From a virus (Duplodnaviria > Heunggongvirae > Uroviricota > Caudoviricetes), in the IMG/VR virus record IMGVR_UViG_2740892431_000003: DNA of 8,594 nt; one strand, 5' to 3'. Made by a program: the position numbers and the translations under genes. The notes beneath the pieces are model-generated. The model saw only the letters and a program-made list of their open reading frames with translations. It made no database searches and was not told where the DNA came from. Positions 5,948 through 8,594 of this stretch are shown one piece after another; position 1 is the stretch's first letter; each line of letters opens with the position of its first letter.

Positions 5948-6148
5948 ATGGAAATCATTACACGTATTGATGCCGCAAAGCGCGGACTTAAACGCTACTA
6001 CACCGGAAAACCATGTAAGCATGGACATGACAGTGAACGCTGGGTTTACAACGGACACTGTGTTGAGTGCACCATGGAATCAAACCGTCGCATCAGGGCA
6101 GAGATTAAGCAGATCATGATTAATTCCTCCCCACAACACTCAAGCTGA
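5948..6148 (+). CDS. small putative zinc-binding protein (67 aa) at the cII-equivalent position
   Basis: MEIITRIDAAKRGLKRYYTGKPCKHGHDSERWVYNGHCVECTMESNRRIRAEIKQIMINSSPQHSS carries a C-x-H-x-H … H-C-x2-C cluster. I chose the ATG at 5948 over the upstream ATG at 5912; neither has a strong RBS. Confidence 0.45.
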   Translation: MEIITRIDAAKRGLKRYYTGKPCKHGHDSERWVYNGHCVECTMESNRRIRAEIKQIMINSSPQHSS

Positions 6149-6163
6149 TAGCGGAGATTAATC

Positions 6164-6997
6164 ATGAGCAGACATGCAACAGATTGGGCCTGGGAGACAG
6201 ATCCAGGTAGCTCATCATTAAAGCTCATACTGCTCTCGATGGCTGACAGAGCCGATGAATATAACCTCTGCTACCCCAGCATAGAACGCCTCGTTAAAGA
6301 CACTTGCCTGAATAAAAAAACCGTGCAGGCCGGGCTTATATCGCTCATGAAAATGGGGCTTATTTCAGATACCGGAGAGAGAAAGGGAGCGACAAAAAGA
6401 GTGCGGGTTTTCTCTCTTAATATAACCAAAAACGGGAACATTAAAGGCAACCGGGAGGGGGGCAATGAACCCGAAAACGGTAATGTTACCGAAAACGGGA
6501 ATATACCCAAAAACGGGATGTTGAATGATCCCAAAAACGGGATGTTGAATGATCCCAAAAACGGGATCCAGAACCAGTCATATAACCAGTCATTTAACCA
6601 AGAGAGGGAGAGCAGGACAAAAACCGGGGATTCTGTTCCTCATGACCCCGGCGCAAACAACGCCGTGATGAATAACTTTGTTCCTCCTGGTGGGCCAGGG
6701 CAATTAGGTAAATTTGTCATGCATGAACAATGGCAGCCATCAGATGACTTTCTTCGGAAAAGCTCATTGCAGGGAATCTACCTGGACAGTCTGCCAACGG
6801 CACAGGAACTTGCAGAGTTCAGAATTTACTGGATGGCTGAGGGTAAGGCATACCATCAGGCACAGTGGGAGCAGAAGCTGGCAAGGCGCATCCAGTTCTG
6901 TAGACAGAAATCAGGTGAAGTCAGAAAGAGCCTTGACTGGCATAACACTGACTGGATAGATGAGGTGTGGGATGAAATCAACTCCAGAACTTCTTAA
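6164..6997 (+). CDS. Replication initiation protein (lambda O-like; N-terminal winged-helix DNA-binding domain, low-complexity iteron-encoded linker)
   Basis: N-terminus MSRHATDWAWETDPGSSSLKLILLSMADRADEYNLCYPSIERLVKDTCLNKKTVQAGLISLMKMGLISD is typical of phage replication-initiator HTH domains. It sits directly upstream of, and overlaps, the P-like gene and contains the iteron array. RBS GGAG precedes the ATG. Confidence 0.7.
   Translation: MSRHATDWAWETDPGSSSLKLILLSMADRADEYNLCYPSIERLVKDTCLNKKTVQAGLISLMKMGLISDTGERKGATKRVRVFSLNITKNGNIKGNREGGNEPENGNVTENGNIPKNGMLNDPKNGMLNDPKNGIQNQSYNQSFNQERESRTKTGDSVPHDPGANNAVMNNFVPPGGPGQLGKFVMHEQWQPSDDFLRKSSLQGIYLDSLPTAQELAEFRIYWMAEGKAYHQAQWEQKLARRIQFCRQKSGEVRKSLDWHNTDWIDEVWDEINSRTS
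6425..6571. repeat. Iteron array (putative phage origin of replication) embedded in the O-like gene
   Basis: At least six direct repeats with core (A)CC(C)(A/G)AAAACGG(G/T)A starting near 6426, 6470, 6488, 6506, 6530 and 6554, at 18-24 bp spacing. This includes a perfect 24-bp tandem duplication (6506-6529 and 6530-6553). A second short direct repeat AACCAGTCAT(A/T)T follows at 6572-6600. Confidence 0.6.
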
Positions 6998-7754
6998 TGA
7001 GTACGATCGCTTTCGTGGTGGGCATGACCACTCGACGGCGGTTGCTTCTGCTGACGATGAAAGGGCAAAGAAGGAGCAGGTTGCAAGAATTTTCAACGAA
7101 ATGTTTGTCCAGTTACAGGCTGCATTTCCAGGCAGCATCGCTGCTATCAGCGAGCAAGGAAAGCTAAACGAATTTCGAAAACAATGGATGCTTGCGTTTC
7201 TGGAGAATGGGATCACAACAATGGAACAGGTTAACGCTGGTATGCGCCACGCCCGCGCCAGTGAATCTCCGTTCTGGCCGTCGCCTGGGCAATTCATCAA
7301 GTGGTGCAAAGACAGCAAGATGGTTCTTGGCGTCACCATTGACGATGTGATGGCGGAGTTTCACCGGTACAGCAAGGAAAAAAGTTTATATCCTGGTGGT
7401 CCCGAAAGATTCCCGTGGCGACATCCGGTTATGTACTGGGTCGTATGTGATACCCGCCGTGCAATGTATCAGCGCCAGCTTAGCGAGATTGAGGTTGAGA
7501 AACACGCGCGCAGGCTGCTCGATGATTGGGCGAAAAAGGTGGCTTCCGGACAGCAGATACCCGATCCGGTGATCAGCATACAGGCAAAGCCAGAACCCAT
7601 GAGTACACCTCCGGACACAGGGAGAGACGTTTACCATCCACCAGGGCGAAGTTTCGGGTGCATGCCTAACGCCGCCACCCTTGGGGGAATAACACCGGCG
7701 CAGTGGCTGATGGAGGAATACAGGCGGGGAAAGGCGGCAGGATTTATCAAGTAA
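6972..7754 (+). CDS. Replication protein P-like (DnaB helicase loader, lambda P family)
   Basis: …IFNEMFVQLQAAFPGSIAAI…FRKQWMLAFLENGITTMEQVNAGMRHARASESPFWPSPGQFIKWCKD… closely parallels lambda P as I recall it (ITTMEQVNAGMR, PSPGQF). I chose the ATG at 6972 with RBS GAGGTG upstream; it overlaps the O-like 3' end as in lambda. Confidence 0.85.
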   Translation: MKSTPELLNEYDRFRGGHDHSTAVASADDERAKKEQVARIFNEMFVQLQAAFPGSIAAISEQGKLNEFRKQWMLAFLENGITTMEQVNAGMRHARASESPFWPSPGQFIKWCKDSKMVLGVTIDDVMAEFHRYSKEKSLYPGGPERFPWRHPVMYWVVCDTRRAMYQRQLSEIEVEKHARRLLDDWAKKVASGQQIPDPVISIQAKPEPMSTPPDTGRDVYHPPGRSFGCMPNAATLGGITPAQWLMEEYRRGKAAGFIK

Positions 7755-7759
7755 TACCA

Positions 7760-7779
7760 GCGCGATAGCGCATTTTTTT
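7760..7779 (+). terminator. Possible weak intrinsic terminator after the P-like gene
   Basis: Short GCGC-gata-GCGC hairpin followed by aTTTTTTT. The stem is only 4 bp, so confidence is low. Confidence 0.35.
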
Positions 7780-7790
7780 ACGTCTCGATG

Positions 7791-7869
7791 ATTACCTACT
7801 GGGTAATAAAATATTCTAAAATCTATTGATTTAGTGTCTTATGTGGTTTTTAATTACCTCAGGGGTAAA
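7791..7869 (+). promoter_or_regulatory. Third operator-flanked sigma70-like promoter upstream of the DUF1064-like gene
   Basis: Operators ATTACCtactgGGTAAT (7791-7807) and ATTACCtcaggGGTAAA (7853-7869) bracket -35 TTGATT (7826-7831), a 17-bp spacer and -10 TTTAAT (7849-7854). The downstream operator overlaps the -10 and start region; RBS AGGGG precedes ATG 7872. Confidence 0.5.
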
Positions 7870-7871
7870 TC

Positions 7872-8216
7872 ATGAGAAAACAGATACAGGCTCTTGGTCG
7901 ACTCAAAACAGGCCAGATGAACAAAACAGAATCTGCGTATTGCCAGCACCTTGAGCAGCGTAAACGTGCAGGGGAAATCGCCTGGTATCGGTTCGAGGGT
8001 ATCAAGCTGCGGTTAGCTGATAACACGTTTTATACGCCAGATTTCGCTGTGATGCTCGCCACCGGCGAGATGGAACTGCACGAAGTGAAAGGTTTCTGGA
8101 CCGACGACGCCAGGGTGAAAACCAAAGTCGCCGCAGATCAGTATCCGTTCCGAATCATCGGGGTAACGGTTAAACCAAAGAAAGCAGGTGGCGGCTGGAA
8201 CATCGAAGAGTTCTGA
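7872..8216 (+). CDS. DUF1064-like phage protein with a PD-(D/E)xK nuclease-type motif (putative endonuclease/resolvase-like)
   Basis: …ESAYCQHLEQRKRAGEIAWYRFEGIKLRLADNTFYTPDFAVMLATGEMELHEVKGFW…QYPF resembles the conserved core of small phage DUF1064 proteins (D…E.K signature) as I recall them; not verified by search. Confidence 0.5.
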   Translation: MRKQIQALGRLKTGQMNKTESAYCQHLEQRKRAGEIAWYRFEGIKLRLADNTFYTPDFAVMLATGEMELHEVKGFWTDDARVKTKVAADQYPFRIIGVTVKPKKAGGGWNIEEF

Positions 8217-8277
8217 ATCGACGATCTTTTTAGTTATCAATGTAATCAATAAGTTATGTGGATAAGCGAGGGTAAAG

Positions 8278-8594
8278 ATGGAAAGTAATATCAAAGGGTT
8301 AGTTGCCGCCGGGCATGAGATGGCTTCGGAACTGAAAGCAGAATGTGGTGCCGTTGATATGCGCAGTGTGGCAAAGCTGATCAGCGATTTGGCAACGCAA
8401 CTGGAAGTGCAATTGGTGCGTGCTAATGCGCTGGCATCACTGGAGGCAGAGCCAGTGGCAAAAATTATAGCTCACTACCCATTAGGAATTGACGTAGGCA
8501 AACAAAAGTTCGTACAGGCCATTGGAGAGCTTCCTGACTTTGGAGGACATCTATTCGCCGCTCCACCCGTTCCAGTAGTACCGGAAGAAAAACC
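8278..8594 (+). CDS. hypothetical phage protein, 5' part (ORF runs off the window end)
   Basis: RBS GAGGGT is 5 nt upstream of ATG 8278. The frame stays open to the window end: MESNIKGLVAAGHEMASELKAECGAVDMRSVAKLISDLATQLEVQLVRANALASLEAEPVAKIIAHYPLGIDVGKQKFVQAIGELPDFGGHLFAAPPVPVVPEEKP… No family recognised. Confidence 0.5.
   Translation, partial: MESNIKGLVAAGHEMASELKAECGAVDMRSVAKLISDLATQLEVQLVRANALASLEAEPVAKIIAHYPLGIDVGKQKFVQAIGELPDFGGHLFAAPPVPVVPEEK

Noticed and set aside
6046-7637. Minus-strand ORFs within the O-like and P-like genes (6046-6228, 6271-6558, 6911-7339, 7164-7364, 7386-7637) and plus ORF 6714-6959
   Set aside because: They overlap the O-like and P-like genes. The 6271-6558 ORF is simply the iteron repeats read on the opposite strand (repetitive FNIPFLG).
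8013-8294. Minus-strand ORF 8013-8294
   Set aside because: Antisense to the DUF1064-like gene and spans the RBS and start of the downstream plus-strand gene.
1-8594. CRISPR arrays, tRNA or rRNA genes, LexA boxes (CTGT-N8-ACAG)
   Set aside because: I looked for regularly spaced repeats with unique spacers, tRNA-like structure near the integrase fragment and SOS boxes in intergenic regions, and found none. The only regular repeats are the iterons, which lie inside a coding sequence.

Overview
This window reads as the early region of a lambdoid prophage from an Enterobacteriaceae host, with its integrase gene cut by an IS2 insertion. All calls rest on reading the sequence and recalled family signatures; no database search was run. 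Left to right: a partial IS2 (1-435, orfA/insC on the minus strand) abuts the C-terminal ~100 codons of a P4-type tyrosine integrase (436-747). A long leftward operon follows (minus strand, 4674 down to 751): a 50-aa Trp/Cys-rich peptide, a 100-aa unknown, a YqaJ/lambda-Exo-like exonuclease, RecT, an AlpA/excisionase-like HTH protein, a 99-aa unknown, an MT-A70 adenine methyltransferase and a 64-aa coupled ORF. The immunity region has a tandem-HTH repressor with no peptidase domain (4828-5412, minus), its own terminator, and a divergent Cro-like gene. Rightward lie a tR1-like terminator, a small zinc-finger protein, an O-like initiator with an iteron origin inside its coding sequence, and a lambda P-like helicase loader. 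A third promoter then precedes a DUF1064-like nuclease-fold gene and a partial unknown gene. The most notable signal is a 17-bp palindrome, ATTACC-N5-GGTAAT, found at three promoter regions: leftward, immunity and the third promoter after the replication genes. That suggests one repressor directly controls three transcription units. No CRISPR array, tRNA or rRNA was seen, and no N or Q antiterminator homolog was recognised.
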